NCBI GenBank assembly: GCA_965222605.1
Contig: OZ244960.1
Coordinates: 128,001-192,000 of the forward strand
Length of the DNA: 64,000 nucleotides
Direction: 5' to 3'
From: Candidatus Latescibacterota bacterium
GTDB lineage: Bacteria > Latescibacterota > UBA2968
The position numbers were made by a program, and so were the translations under genes. The notes under the pieces are model-generated. The model was not told the DNA's origin, searched no databases, and was given only the letters and a program-made list of their open reading frames with translations. This document shows positions 1-9,484 of the stretch, piece by piece. The stretch's first letter is position 1; every line of letters starts with the position of its first letter.

Positions 1-328
1 AGTACGTAATATCCTGATGCCACGCCACAAATATCTTTGCCTCTGGATCGGGATATTTGCAAAAGAAATGGGTGGATAACAGCATCACATTGTCGCCCAT
101 CACAGCCTGCATCACGTCTAAGATGCGCTTATCCGTTGCCAGTTGCCAGATAAATGCCTCGTCAAAATGCCGCCCCTGCAAACCGATCTGACATTTTTCC
201 TTGCCTTCTCGCGCTTCCAATTCGTTGAATAACGCGCGAAAATGCCCTATCTCGCGTTCTGAGAACACATCGACTTTTGTCAAAAAACCCTGTCTTTTGT
301 ATGTTTTGATCATAGAATCCAAAGGCAT
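1..328 (-). CDS. Phytanoyl-CoA dioxygenase (PhyH) family protein, 5' part (runs off the window)
   Basis: Not in the ORF track. Manual translation from ATG 328 (SD AAAGGA): MPLDSMIKTYKRQGFLTKVDVFS...LLSTHFFCKYP...FVAWHQDITY, containing the PhyH 'F.K.P....WHQD' motif. Confidence 0.85.
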   Translation of the reverse strand, partial: MPLDSMIKTYKRQGFLTKVDVFSEREIGHFRALFNELEAREGKEKCQIGLQGRHFDEAFIWQLATDKRILDVMQAVMGDNVMLLSTHFFCKYPDPEAKIFVAWHQDITY

Positions 329-541
329 GGTGCATTCCTTTCGTGAGCAATGGTGAATTGCATATAAACTATGAGGAATATCCCACACGCGCAACCCGTT
401 TTCCAAACTCGCCTCATCTCTTGCCCCAGCACTTCTACAAAAAAGAACCGGTTCAAAAGCGACGCCACGCGGAATTTAGCCAATATATTACCCACGCAGT
501 ATTCGCATATCAAACCGGCTTTTAACCGTTTTATCACCTGT

Positions 542-1414
542 TCAGACGCCGAGCTCGCGCAAAAAGGATGGACTCAGCGTACCGCGTGCCACCTCCGCCA
601 CAGGTCCTGCCATTGTCAGATTAAACTCTTCATCTACATCGATCATCAACGTCCCTCCTGGTGCTTCTACCGTCACAGGGGATGTGACCAGTCCCAAACG
701 CACCGCAGCACTTGCAGCAGCACATGACGAAGACCCCGACGCCTGCGTTTCACCTGCGCCGCGTTCCCAGATCAGAATGAAAATTTTCTGGTCACCTGTG
801 GGCACGACCAACTGCACATTGGTTCGCCTCGGAAAAATCTCGTGGTTCTCCAACTCGGGTCCCAGACGCAACAAATCATCGCGCGACCATGCCTGCCCCC
901 TGGGCTTAAACACCACACAATGGGGATTGCCCACGCTCACACCTGTAAATACCATATCTTCACCAGCAGCGGTAATCGGCTGTTCGATCAGTTCTTCCAC
1001 CTCGAACGAACAGGGCAATGCCGCTGGCTCAAACGTCGCCTGCCCCATATCCACAGTCGCCGCACTCGCATCGCCCCATTCGTCGATATGCAAATCAATA
1101 TGAACCAGTCCCCCCGGTGTATCGACTGAAAATGACGTTTTTGTCGTTTTTCCAATAGCATACAAATACCGCGCAAAAATCCTCAGCCCATTGCCCGATT
1201 TCTCCGCCTCACTACCATCTGGATTCCATATCCGCAACCCAAAATCCGCGCGGTCAGACGCTTCCAATGTCAATATGCCATCACTCCCCACCCCCCAATT
1301 GCGATCACAAATTTTCTCAATGCGCTCTGGCGTCAATTCAAACGTCAGATCTTTTGGATCCATCACCAGATAATCATTGCCCAACCCATGTCCCTTAAAA
1401 AATCCGTTCTCCAT
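542..1414 (-). CDS. dapF: Diaminopimelate epimerase
   Basis: Motifs FFKGHGLGNDY, G.GSDG, NPDGSEAEKSGNGLR, VSVGNPH, ERGAGETQASGSSSCA. The two usual catalytic Cys positions read Ser here. Confidence 0.9.
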   Translation of the reverse strand: MENGFFKGHGLGNDYLVMDPKDLTFELTPERIEKICDRNWGVGSDGILTLEASDRADFGLRIWNPDGSEAEKSGNGLRIFARYLYAIGKTTKTSFSVDTPGGLVHIDLHIDEWGDASAATVDMGQATFEPAALPCSFEVEELIEQPITAAGEDMVFTGVSVGNPHCVVFKPRGQAWSRDDLLRLGPELENHEIFPRRTNVQLVVPTGDQKIFILIWERGAGETQASGSSSCAAASAAVRLGLVTSPVTVEAPGGTLMIDVDEEFNLTMAGPVAEVARGTLSPSFLRELGV

Positions 1415-1443
1415 AATTGCTCCTGTTTTTTCATCTAAAAATC

Positions 1444-2742
1444 CTAACTAACGATCACCGCGATCCGATGCACCGAATTATTGAGATACCCCTTCGAATT
1501 CCATACAATGGCGTGTGGCTGACTGACGCCTTGCGAATCGGTCGCCCTTGCCCAGATCTCGTAATATCCCGCTTTGGGAAACGCGATCTTCGCCCGCCAG
1601 TTCTGCCATGCATACTCATTCACCGGCTCATCGAGCTTTGTATCAATCCATGTTGCACCAAAGTCGATTGACAGACGAACAGAATCAACCTTCCTATCAT
1701 CTCCCGCCCAGGCATGCCCGCGCACTTCCAGAGTCCTCCCAGCCATCCTGTGACCAGTAGCCGGATTGGTAATTAACGACTTGACTCGCATAGCGTGGAT
1801 GATTTCGAAGTCCTTCTCTTCTACCTTTTCCCCAGGCGCAACCATCCGATTGGGTACTCGATAATCCATTCCCGTCATCTTCGGACCATCGTGAACCTGA
1901 TCTCGGAGCCAGATGCGGGTCAGCCATTTCTGCGAGCATGATCCCGACCAACCGGGAATGATCAGACGCAACGGCGCACCGTTCATGGGATGGATCGGTT
2001 TGCCATTCTGGGCAAAAGCGATGAGGTTATGCTCGTCCATCGCCTTCTCAATCGGCACCCCACGCGAGATGGGAACCCGGTCTTCCTCACCAGAAACATG
2101 GGTATCGACACCCACATGCGCGGTATAGATCACATTGTCTTTCACCCCAGCAGCCTTGAGAACATCTGCTAAGCGAACGCCGGTCCACTCGGAGCACGCC
2201 ACAGCGCCATAGGTCCACTGACTACCGTCCGCAGGAGGATGAAAAAAGGCGCGACCATTGCCGCCACACTCCACTGCCAGTGCCCTATTAACGACTTCAA
2301 ATCGCTGTTTGAGATCGTCAATGCTAAGTGCCATGGGAGTATCCACCAGGCCATCAATCGTCAACATCCAGCCCACAGCATCCGTATTCTCTGGCGGAAT
2401 GCCATTGTTGCGAATAAAATGCCTCTCTGTCGGAGTAATAGCGTCATCGAGCAAGTGAGGTGGCGTTTCGGCATTCAATGGCCGCTCATTGAGCACGGTC
2501 AAGCCATCTTTACCCTGAATAATATCCTCCGCCGCAAGCGCGACAGGGATAAAATGAGCCGGAATATTTCGATGAAACGGGATCGCTGCCCCAACCATTG
2601 CCCCCATCACCGCCAACCCGGCCTTCTTCAAAAATCCCCGCCTGTCGGAATACGTCTCGCGACCAAACAATAAGTAATCAGCCTTATCGGGATCGCTCTG
2701 ATACAGTTCGAACAATCCCCGTTCTGTCGTGTTCTTGTGCAT
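1444..2742 (-). CDS. Sulfite oxidase family molybdopterin oxidoreductase (SoxC/SorA-like), Tat-exported
   Basis: Tat motif DRRGFLKK; motifs PLNAETP, ECGGNGR (Mo-ligand Cys), GAPLRL.IPGW.G..S.KWL; C-terminal dimerisation domain. Confidence 0.9.
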   Translation of the reverse strand: MHKNTTERGLFELYQSDPDKADYLLFGRETYSDRRGFLKKAGLAVMGAMVGAAIPFHRNIPAHFIPVALAAEDIIQGKDGLTVLNERPLNAETPPHLLDDAITPTERHFIRNNGIPPENTDAVGWMLTIDGLVDTPMALSIDDLKQRFEVVNRALAVECGGNGRAFFHPPADGSQWTYGAVACSEWTGVRLADVLKAAGVKDNVIYTAHVGVDTHVSGEEDRVPISRGVPIEKAMDEHNLIAFAQNGKPIHPMNGAPLRLIIPGWSGSCSQKWLTRIWLRDQVHDGPKMTGMDYRVPNRMVAPGEKVEEKDFEIIHAMRVKSLITNPATGHRMAGRTLEVRGHAWAGDDRKVDSVRLSIDFGATWIDTKLDEPVNEYAWQNWRAKIAFPKAGYYEIWARATDSQGVSQPHAIVWNSKGYLNNSVHRIAVIVS

Positions 2743-2808
2743 TTTTTCTACCTATTCATCTATTCATCACGCACGAGAGGTCAATCAACCCATCCTCGCC
2801 GACACCCG

Positions 2809-3021
2809 TCACACCAGCATCAACCGCTCGCCTTTGGGTTCCGGTATTGGATCACCAAACTCTTTTGCGGTATCAATCCAGAGGGCTATCGCTTGATTGA
2901 CGTTCTTGAGAGCGGCTACTTGCGTATCACCATGAGCCATGCATCCGGGAAGCTCGGGTACTTCAGCCACAAAAGCATCATCCGCATTGCTCCAATAGAG
3001 AATAATTTCGTACTTGTACAC
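2809..3021 (-). CDS. hicB: HicB-family antitoxin (no hicA neighbour)
   Basis: YEIILYWS..D.AFVAEVPELPGCMAHG.T...AL...W...A...G.PIPEP, preceded by a GGAGGAGG SD. Confidence 0.85.
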   Translation of the reverse strand: MYKYEIILYWSNADDAFVAEVPELPGCMAHGDTQVAALKNVNQAIALWIDTAKEFGDPIPEPKGERLMLV

Positions 3022-3130
3022 AATTCATCCTCCTCCATTCAGATCACGCGATACACCTGAATCACCCTAATAGAGTTGCGCGTATCCACTATCATTTGCA
3101 TCAATCGAGTTCAATATTCACTACAGCGGT

Positions 3131-3775
3131 TCAATCTTTATTCTCCAACGACTCCAAGCGCGTCACCCATTTGCTAAATCGAGGGCATGCAGCGCGAATT
3201 GTGTCCAAACCTATCTCTATTGCTATAAGGGAACCATTAACGACCTTCTCGTACTGAGGTATAATCTTCACAATCCGTTTGCTCGGCGCCGTTTCACTGT
3301 TATCATTAATATCCTCAGGAGTCGGAAACTTTGCACAGATACTCTGCAATTCTTTAATAGACTTTTTCGACGCATCAATCGCATTTGCAAAAGCATCTAC
3401 ATTCGAGAATAACAGGCCTTCGAACTCATATTGTTGGACATAGGGAAGCACCTTTTCTGGATGCCAACGGGTACCGAGTTTCTTGCGAATTTGTTGAGTC
3501 ATATCTTTTTCTAAATCATTGACCGTCTTATCGCCTTTGCCACTAAACCCGTAGAAATCGACAAGCGACGTCACAGCATCGAAGGAGCGGAGTAAATAGG
3601 CCATTTCTGACACGAGTCGATCCATCGAAACATTTCCGCCGATAGCCCTCCCACGAGCGCGGCCAAGCAGAATTGGTGTCGATACTACTTCACTTTTCCG
3701 CAGATGGTCTGCAAGCACATTTTTGACGAATTCCTCTTCGGTTCGGCCCTCCACTGATATGGCGAGTCGTATCAC
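3131..3775 (-). CDS. DUF4276 family protein (TOPRIM-like partner of ABC ATPases)
   Basis: MIRLAISVEGRTEEEFV, LVDFYG, YEFEGLLFS, PEDIND...APSKRI. GTG start overlaps the ATPase stop (GTGA). Confidence 0.85.
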   Translation of the reverse strand: MIRLAISVEGRTEEEFVKNVLADHLRKSEVVSTPILLGRARGRAIGGNVSMDRLVSEMAYLLRSFDAVTSLVDFYGFSGKGDKTVNDLEKDMTQQIRKKLGTRWHPEKVLPYVQQYEFEGLLFSNVDAFANAIDASKKSIKELQSICAKFPTPEDINDNSETAPSKRIVKIIPQYEKVVNGSLIAIEIGLDTIRAACPRFSKWVTRLESLENKD

Positions 3776-4923
3776 GGGCGTCCTCCGAGCAGGTTCTTCT
3801 GCCAAAGTTCACCTGAGGTGAAGCTTTCGTCGAGCCATACGCGATAGGCCTCCTGTGTCAGTCTTTTGCGAAACTCAGTGCGCCCATCCTCCATATCCAA
3901 CACAAAGATCTCATTAAGATCGAACGCATCAACAAGCAAGGGCGATTGCGTAGCTACAATGACCTGTCTTTCCCTGGCAAGGGCCTTTATCATACCTCCA
4001 ATCAAGGCGATGGCTGCCGGATGCAGGCCCAGTTCTGGCTCATCTAACAGAAGGACATCGGGTAACATCTCCGATGGAAGATTGAGCAGGGTTACCAGAG
4101 CGAAGAACCGCAGCGAACCGTCGGACGTGAGGTGCGCGCCAAAGGTCTTGTCTGTTTTCTCAGACTTCCATCTCAGCAATACTTTTCCATAGTTCTCCTC
4201 AATCACAAAACGATCAAAGCCCGGCAGAATCCGGCTAATGTGCTGACATATCCGATCATATCGCTTGATGTCTTCCCGCTCCAACCGGTGCAGCACGGCC
4301 GCCAGATTGCCCCCGTGGCTGAGGAGATGATTGTTGTCCTCCACATCCCAGCTCGTTTTGAAGTTTGAACCATCGGAAGTATCGTGAAACTGATATACCG
4401 AACAACTCCGCAACAGGCTAACGATGAACTGGGTGGTAAAGCGATAATTCGCCAAAGGCGCGTGGGGTGGTATCTCCTCAACTATCTTTGCTTCTGTGTG
4501 ACCGCTTCCGAGATGTTGCCAGTCTTCGTTCGTGGGGCCACGAAATGCCTCTTCCGTGAATATAAGACGGTCAGGCTGAGCCCAAGCAAGCGAAATCCGA
4601 TAATCGTACCGGACTGATGAGGTTCGCATAGTTATCGGCTCGATAGCTGTGGTTCGCATAGTTACCGTGGCACTCATTTCCGGACTACGCCTTCTGCCAC
4701 CAAACAACTGATCGTCGGCTCCTCCTTGCATCGCGACGAACTCACCGAGTCTGCGAGGCCCAAGCATCCAACTCAGCATTTCGAAAAAGCGAATAAAATT
4801 GGACTTGCCTGAACCATTGGCACCAATTAAGACCGCCGCTTTGGGAATTCCCAAAAGCTCGACATCTGCTAATGACCGGAACCCCTGAATACGGATCTGA
4901 TCTATGAAGGTTGCTTTATTCAT
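3772..4923 (-). CDS. AAA_21/AAA_15-type ABC ATPase
   Basis: Walker A GANGSGKS, signature TSDGSLRF, Walker B LLLDEPELGLHP, ATQSP. Confidence 0.9.
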   Translation of the reverse strand: MNKATFIDQIRIQGFRSLADVELLGIPKAAVLIGANGSGKSNFIRFFEMLSWMLGPRRLGEFVAMQGGADDQLFGGRRRSPEMSATVTMRTTAIEPITMRTSSVRYDYRISLAWAQPDRLIFTEEAFRGPTNEDWQHLGSGHTEAKIVEEIPPHAPLANYRFTTQFIVSLLRSCSVYQFHDTSDGSNFKTSWDVEDNNHLLSHGGNLAAVLHRLEREDIKRYDRICQHISRILPGFDRFVIEENYGKVLLRWKSEKTDKTFGAHLTSDGSLRFFALVTLLNLPSEMLPDVLLLDEPELGLHPAAIALIGGMIKALARERQVIVATQSPLLVDAFDLNEIFVLDMEDGRTEFRKRLTQEAYRVWLDESFTSGELWQKNLLGGRP

Positions 4924-4995
4924 CGCATATTCTCCCTATACGGAAGCTTCCAGTAGCACATCAGTCAAAGAGAAGTCTCATTGCTTATCACATCA

Positions 4996-5292
4996 TCAAA
5001 CCGTCGGCTGTAGCTCATAACGCTTGACCTTAATCTGGTCTTCTCTCTTACGCGCTTGCACCAGATTATAAGCTGTCTGACGACGCAGCCAGAATTCAGC
5101 ATTAGACCATCCGGCCTTCTCAAGCCGAATAGCCATCTCCGGAGAAATAGCCGCATGACCATTCAGTACGCGAGAAAGCGTATGACGGGCTACACCCAAC
5201 ACCTTTGCTGCTTCGGTAATATTCAGACCGAGGGGTTCCAGACAGTTTTCTTTAATACTGAGACCGGGATGAGGTGGATTCTTCAGAGCCAT
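4996..5292 (-). CDS. higA: HigA/VapI family antitoxin (XRE HTH)
   Basis: PPHPG..I....L.PLGL.ITEAA..LGV.R..LSR..NG...ISPEMAIRL...WL..Q..Y.L. Confidence 0.9.
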   Translation of the reverse strand: MALKNPPHPGLSIKENCLEPLGLNITEAAKVLGVARHTLSRVLNGHAAISPEMAIRLEKAGWSNAEFWLRRQTAYNLVQARKREDQIKVKRYELQPTV

Positions 5293-5306
5293 GGCGTCAC
5301 CTCTTA

Positions 5307-5376
5307 TTAGTGATAATCAACCAAATTGACATCGTACACATCTTCTTCAAAGCGAAAGATGATCCGCCAGTTGGCG
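5307..5376 (-). pseudogene. 3' remnant of a HigB/RelE toxin
   Basis: Only [22 protein letters not shown] remains (canonical HigB C-terminus NWR..F.F....DYH), directly upstream of higA. Confidence 0.8.
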
Positions 5377-5523
5377 AAAAACGTACCGTATATCGGTACG
5401 CGTGTCAATAGCGAAATCAATACATGCATACTCCCTACTTCAAGACCTCGCTCACCATTAAAACATATCATATTGGCAAAAATATAATAAATGATTATTT
5501 TTCTAAGTGCCAAAGGAGAAACA

Positions 5524-6657
5524 ATGTCTGGTAAAAATTACATTGCCGCGAATATCGCCCGGCTGCGGCTGGATCGGCAGTTGACCCAAGAGGAACTCGC
5601 CCGAAAGGCGGGCCTCTCGCGGATGGCACTCGGAAATATCGAGCGCGGCACTGTCGTCCCACGCGCCCGGACCCTCACCGCTCTTGGGAAAGCACTACGG
5701 GTTCCGGTCAGCGGTCTCGTGATGCCTGTGCGGCCTCTCGAGACCGTGCGATTTCGATCCCAGGCACGGGTTCATGCTCGGGCACAGATCCTGGCCGAAG
5801 TCGCAAAGTGGCTCGACGCCTACACCCAGATCGAAGCCGACCTCAATGCGTTGTGCCCCTTCCAGTTTGAGACCGTTAGCACTCAGTCCAGAAGCCCGAT
5901 AGAAACCGCACAGGCCGCGCGCAAAGCCATTGGATTCGGCCGAGAAGAGCCAGTGCGCGACATCTGTGGACTGCTTGAAAATAATGGCGTGAAGCTTTTG
6001 CTTCTCGAAAGAAAAAGTGATTCTTTCTTCGGGTTGAGCGTCGGCGGGGGGGATGGCGGCCCCGCCGTAGTGGTCAATACCTGGGATCGCATCTCAGTAG
6101 AGCGCTGGATATTCACCGCAGCACATGAACTCGGGCATCTATTGCTCCACCCCACCCAATATCAGCGCGACGTTACCGAACTCCCCGTGCAGGCAGAGCG
6201 CGAGGCCGATGCCTTTGCGAGTCACTTTCTAATGCCAGAAGCGGGTTTTGCGCCAGAATGGGAAGAAACCCGAGGACACCCGCTCCTCGTCCGCGTCCTC
6301 AAAGTCAAACGCATCTTTCGGGTGAGTTACAAAACCGTGCTCTATCGGCTGGTCGAATCGGGTCGTGAAACCTCAGGCATTTGGCGTACATTCCAGCGCC
6401 AGCATCGCCACTATTTCGGTAAGACCCTGCGAAAAACCGAGGAGCCTATGGCACTCGATAAGAGCGAATTTGCCTGGAACTGGAGCCGCTCTGGTGAGCC
6501 TGAGGGTCTCTCGCGACATGATTTCGTAGAAGATCGCCTCTTGCGGCTCGTGCGACAGGCGCTCGAGCAGGAGCACATCTCACTCGGACGTGCCGCCGAG
6601 ATTCTGGAGCTAAGTCGTGAAGAAATGAGAAGGTATGCGCGCGAGTGGGTGGGGTAA
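5524..6657 (+). CDS. XRE-HTH plus ImmA/IrrE family Zn metallopeptidase
   Basis: N-terminal HTH (LTQEELA..AGLSR..L..IERG), FTAAHELGH, E.EAD.FA..FLMP. SD AAGGAG before ATG 5524. Confidence 0.9.
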   Translation: MSGKNYIAANIARLRLDRQLTQEELARKAGLSRMALGNIERGTVVPRARTLTALGKALRVPVSGLVMPVRPLETVRFRSQARVHARAQILAEVAKWLDAYTQIEADLNALCPFQFETVSTQSRSPIETAQAARKAIGFGREEPVRDICGLLENNGVKLLLLERKSDSFFGLSVGGGDGGPAVVVNTWDRISVERWIFTAAHELGHLLLHPTQYQRDVTELPVQAEREADAFASHFLMPEAGFAPEWEETRGHPLLVRVLKVKRIFRVSYKTVLYRLVESGRETSGIWRTFQRQHRHYFGKTLRKTEEPMALDKSEFAWNWSRSGEPEGLSRHDFVEDRLLRLVRQALEQEHISLGRAAEILELSREEMRRYAREWVG

Positions 6658-6676
6658 ATAGCGATGGTTCAGACCG

Positions 6677-7579
6677 TTATTTCATCACACCAAACAGCGC
6701 GAAGGAGAAATTTGGTGCTGGATCGACCAGGTCGCTTCTGTCCTTTAGATAACGGCGTTTTTGCTCCTCGGACAGAATGGTCTCTATCTCCACAAAGCCA
6801 AATTGCGACATCTCGTCATTCAATTCCTCGGGCGCAAACACAGACAACATCGGCTCCCCGCGACGAGCCACGAATCGGTCCAACTTGTCGGCGAAAGGCA
6901 AGCTCTCTGCGGGAATAAGATGCCTGGCGAGCTTATAATCAAAAACAATGCGACTGCCCGGCGCGGCAACATCTGCAACGCGACCAAGTGTCTCCCGTAT
7001 CGCGTCCTTCGTAAGATAATAAGTCGTTCCCAACCATGAAAAAAAGGCAGGCTTCTGCGGATCGAAACCAGCCAGAATAAGTGCCTCATTTAGCTGGTCG
7101 GTCTCAAAATCAATAGGGACAAATACCAGATTGGGCGGAACATCGCCGTTGACCGCGCGCATCTGTTTCTCTTTCGTCGCCTGGGTCGCGGGGTGATCCA
7201 ACTCGAATATCCGCACGCTATCTGCAAGTTCCTTGTGGCGCATGGAAAACGTATCGAGACCAGCACCGAGGATCACATACTGTCCAACGCCCGCCGATAT
7301 CGCCTCCATGAGACGGTCTTCGGCATATCTGGCTCTCACAATCACCTCGGTGTGTATGGGACGGAACAAGTGGAACACCTTGTGAACAACGAACCAGCCA
7401 AGCAGTCTGTTCTTAGCGATCACACGCCAGACAAACGGCACCATGTCAACCGCATAATCATCGGCAAAAACCGGGGATTTGCTCTGCTGCTGATGATACG
7501 CACGTACAGCAGCCGCGAGAATCGCCGTCTTGCTCGACCTGTGCTTGTGTGCGGATATTCCAGATTGAAGTGAAGACAT
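6677..7579 (-). CDS. SAM-dependent methyltransferase (LCM/TIGR00027-like)
   Basis: TA...AAVRA, QYVILGAGLDTF, FELDHPATQ..K, SWLG..YYL. Confidence 0.9.
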   Translation of the reverse strand: MSSLQSGISAHKHRSSKTAILAAAVRAYHQQQSKSPVFADDYAVDMVPFVWRVIAKNRLLGWFVVHKVFHLFRPIHTEVIVRARYAEDRLMEAISAGVGQYVILGAGLDTFSMRHKELADSVRIFELDHPATQATKEKQMRAVNGDVPPNLVFVPIDFETDQLNEALILAGFDPQKPAFFSWLGTTYYLTKDAIRETLGRVADVAAPGSRIVFDYKLARHLIPAESLPFADKLDRFVARRGEPMLSVFAPEELNDEMSQFGFVEIETILSEEQKRRYLKDRSDLVDPAPNFSFALFGVMK

Positions 7580-7613
7580 GAAATTGGACTCCTTCGTTCA
7601 CTCTCAGCCCTGC

Positions 7614-8006
7614 TCACAGCCGCTCTTCCGCCCAGCGGACGACGGTTTCTGCGATCTCTACTGCGTCCAGGTATTCCCGTTCTTCAACCGGGCTGGACAA
7701 TCCTGGATAGCGTGTATCCACTGCATACGGAGTGAGTCTTGCAGCGCGGCGGACCGGATTCGGAATCGTCTCCCCACCATCTTCAAGTATGGACAATAAC
7801 AGGGCCAAGTTGTGTACATAAGGGAAATCGATGTCACGCGAAATCATCACGGCCTTGATAGCTTTCTCAGCAGCCTGCTGAGCTTCAAAGCACAAATCCT
7901 CCAGGTAGGCATCGGGCACGCGGTTCCTCGCCATAGCGAGATTGCTTCTGGCGCGATTCAACCACTCTCGCGGATCATCGGGTGAAAAACGCTCAGGTGG
8001 CTTCAT
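7614..8006 (-). CDS. HEPN domain protein (HEPN/MNT pair 1)
   Basis: CF.AQQAAEKAIKA, HNL..LL, RYP; overlaps the MNT gene. Confidence 0.9.
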   Translation of the reverse strand: MKPPERFSPDDPREWLNRARSNLAMARNRVPDAYLEDLCFEAQQAAEKAIKAVMISRDIDFPYVHNLALLLSILEDGGETIPNPVRRAARLTPYAVDTRYPGLSSPVEEREYLDAVEIAETVVRWAEERL

Positions 8007-8316
8007 ACACTACCCGTCCTTCCTGCAGGGCAGGCTTGATGACCAAAGCATGGCTATTCTTGTAACGTTCTACATCTGCTGGCGAGACTAAAATCGCATC
8101 AACCGCGACGCGCACGCCATATAGATTTTCATAAATACGGGCCCTGAGATCTGCGTCTCCCCCCTCTTTAACGATAAGTAGATCAACGTCACTGTGCCGC
8201 GTGATTGTACCTCTCGCAGCGGATCCGAAGAGTATAATCCGCTGCGGCTGTGCCACCTCTACGACGCGCTGAATGATGTCGTCCAACGTATTTTGGTCAA
8301 GTCTCTGTTTCTCCAT
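7993..8316 (-). CDS. Minimal nucleotidyltransferase (MNT) antitoxin
   Basis: IILFGSAARG.....SDVDLLIV; likely start MEKQRL at 8316. Confidence 0.9.
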   Translation of the reverse strand: MEKQRLDQNTLDDIIQRVVEVAQPQRIILFGSAARGTITRHSDVDLLIVKEGGDADLRARIYENLYGVRVAVDAILVSPADVERYKNSHALVIKPALQEGRVVYEAT

Positions 8317-8471
8317 GGCGTTTCCTGTCTTATCAAACCAACATTGCCCATTTGCTCCGTTCCTCTGTAGTCCTGCTACGTAGCGATGCAAGCCGGGTCA
8401 GGTACTCGACAAGGCGAATAACTTTGTCTTTGTGGTTATCTTCCAAGGAATCCCCTCCCTGACTGATTACG

Positions 8472-9443
8472 TCAATCCTTCCAGACCATCACCACGGCCA
8501 TTGCCTCATCAAGGCGCGTGTACAACAAATCAAATGCGTCTGCGGCATCCTCAAAATCAAAACGATGCGTCACCATCGCCTCAGTTTGAATTTTATCTTC
8601 CATCAACAATTGAATCGCCATATCCGATCCCTGTGGGCGGCGCGTGCCATCCAGATATCCCCCAATCAGGCGTTTGCCCTGAATTTTTGACGAATCCAGA
8701 GGCAAGGGTTCATCCTCATACAATCCCACAACCTGCAACAATCCACCCCGCCGCACCATATCTTGCGCCTGTGCAAATGCCTGCGCGCCGGCTCGTCCCC
8801 CCACAGCCTCAACCACAACATCTGCGCGCAGACCACCAGTTAACTCCTTCACCGCTGCAATTGGATCTGTCTTACCCGCATTCACCACAGCATCAGCACC
8901 CAACTGTTCAGCCAAATCACAACGCAGGGACAACGCATCAATCGCGATCACGCGACAATTTTGCAAATGCCGCGCGACCTGCATACAGCAACTCCCCACC
9001 AACCCCTGTCCCAAAATTACCATGGTATCGTTTGGCCCAGCCCCAGTTTCTCGCATCCACAGCACCGAACTCGTAGTCAGAGGCCAAAAAGTCGCGGCCT
9101 CGGATGTAACCGCATCGGGCAGCGAAACCACAGACGGTTTGTTGCCCGCATTGACAACCTCAACAGCCACGTACTCGGCATGCGGCGCCAGAGCCGCCAC
9201 CCGTTCCCCCATCGACAAATCATCGACCTGCGCCCCCACCTGCACAATCGTTCCAGCGAGCGAATATCCCATCCTTTGGTGATCAATCGCTTCTTCTCGC
9301 ACATACCGCCGCCATATCTCAGATCCTCTGCTAATCAGCGTGCGTTCCGTTCTGATAAGCACCTCTGTTTGCCGAATCTCTGGCAACGGCACATCTTCAA
9401 TCTCGACATGGTACGCGCCTTCGGGTTTAATCACACGCTTCAT
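8472..9443 (-). CDS. Zinc-binding/MDR family dehydrogenase
   Basis: LIS.GSE, GYS.AG, GQGLVG Rossmann motif, THRF. Confidence 0.85.
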   Translation of the reverse strand: MKRVIKPEGAYHVEIEDVPLPEIRQTEVLIRTERTLISRGSEIWRRYVREEAIDHQRMGYSLAGTIVQVGAQVDDLSMGERVAALAPHAEYVAVEVVNAGNKPSVVSLPDAVTSEAATFWPLTTSSVLWMRETGAGPNDTMVILGQGLVGSCCMQVARHLQNCRVIAIDALSLRCDLAEQLGADAVVNAGKTDPIAAVKELTGGLRADVVVEAVGGRAGAQAFAQAQDMVRRGGLLQVVGLYEDEPLPLDSSKIQGKRLIGGYLDGTRRPQGSDMAIQLLMEDKIQTEAMVTHRFDFEDAADAFDLLYTRLDEAMAVVMVWKD

Positions 9444-9484
9444 GGAACACCTCCCGATGGTAGTGGTTTATAGCAAACTCCTCC

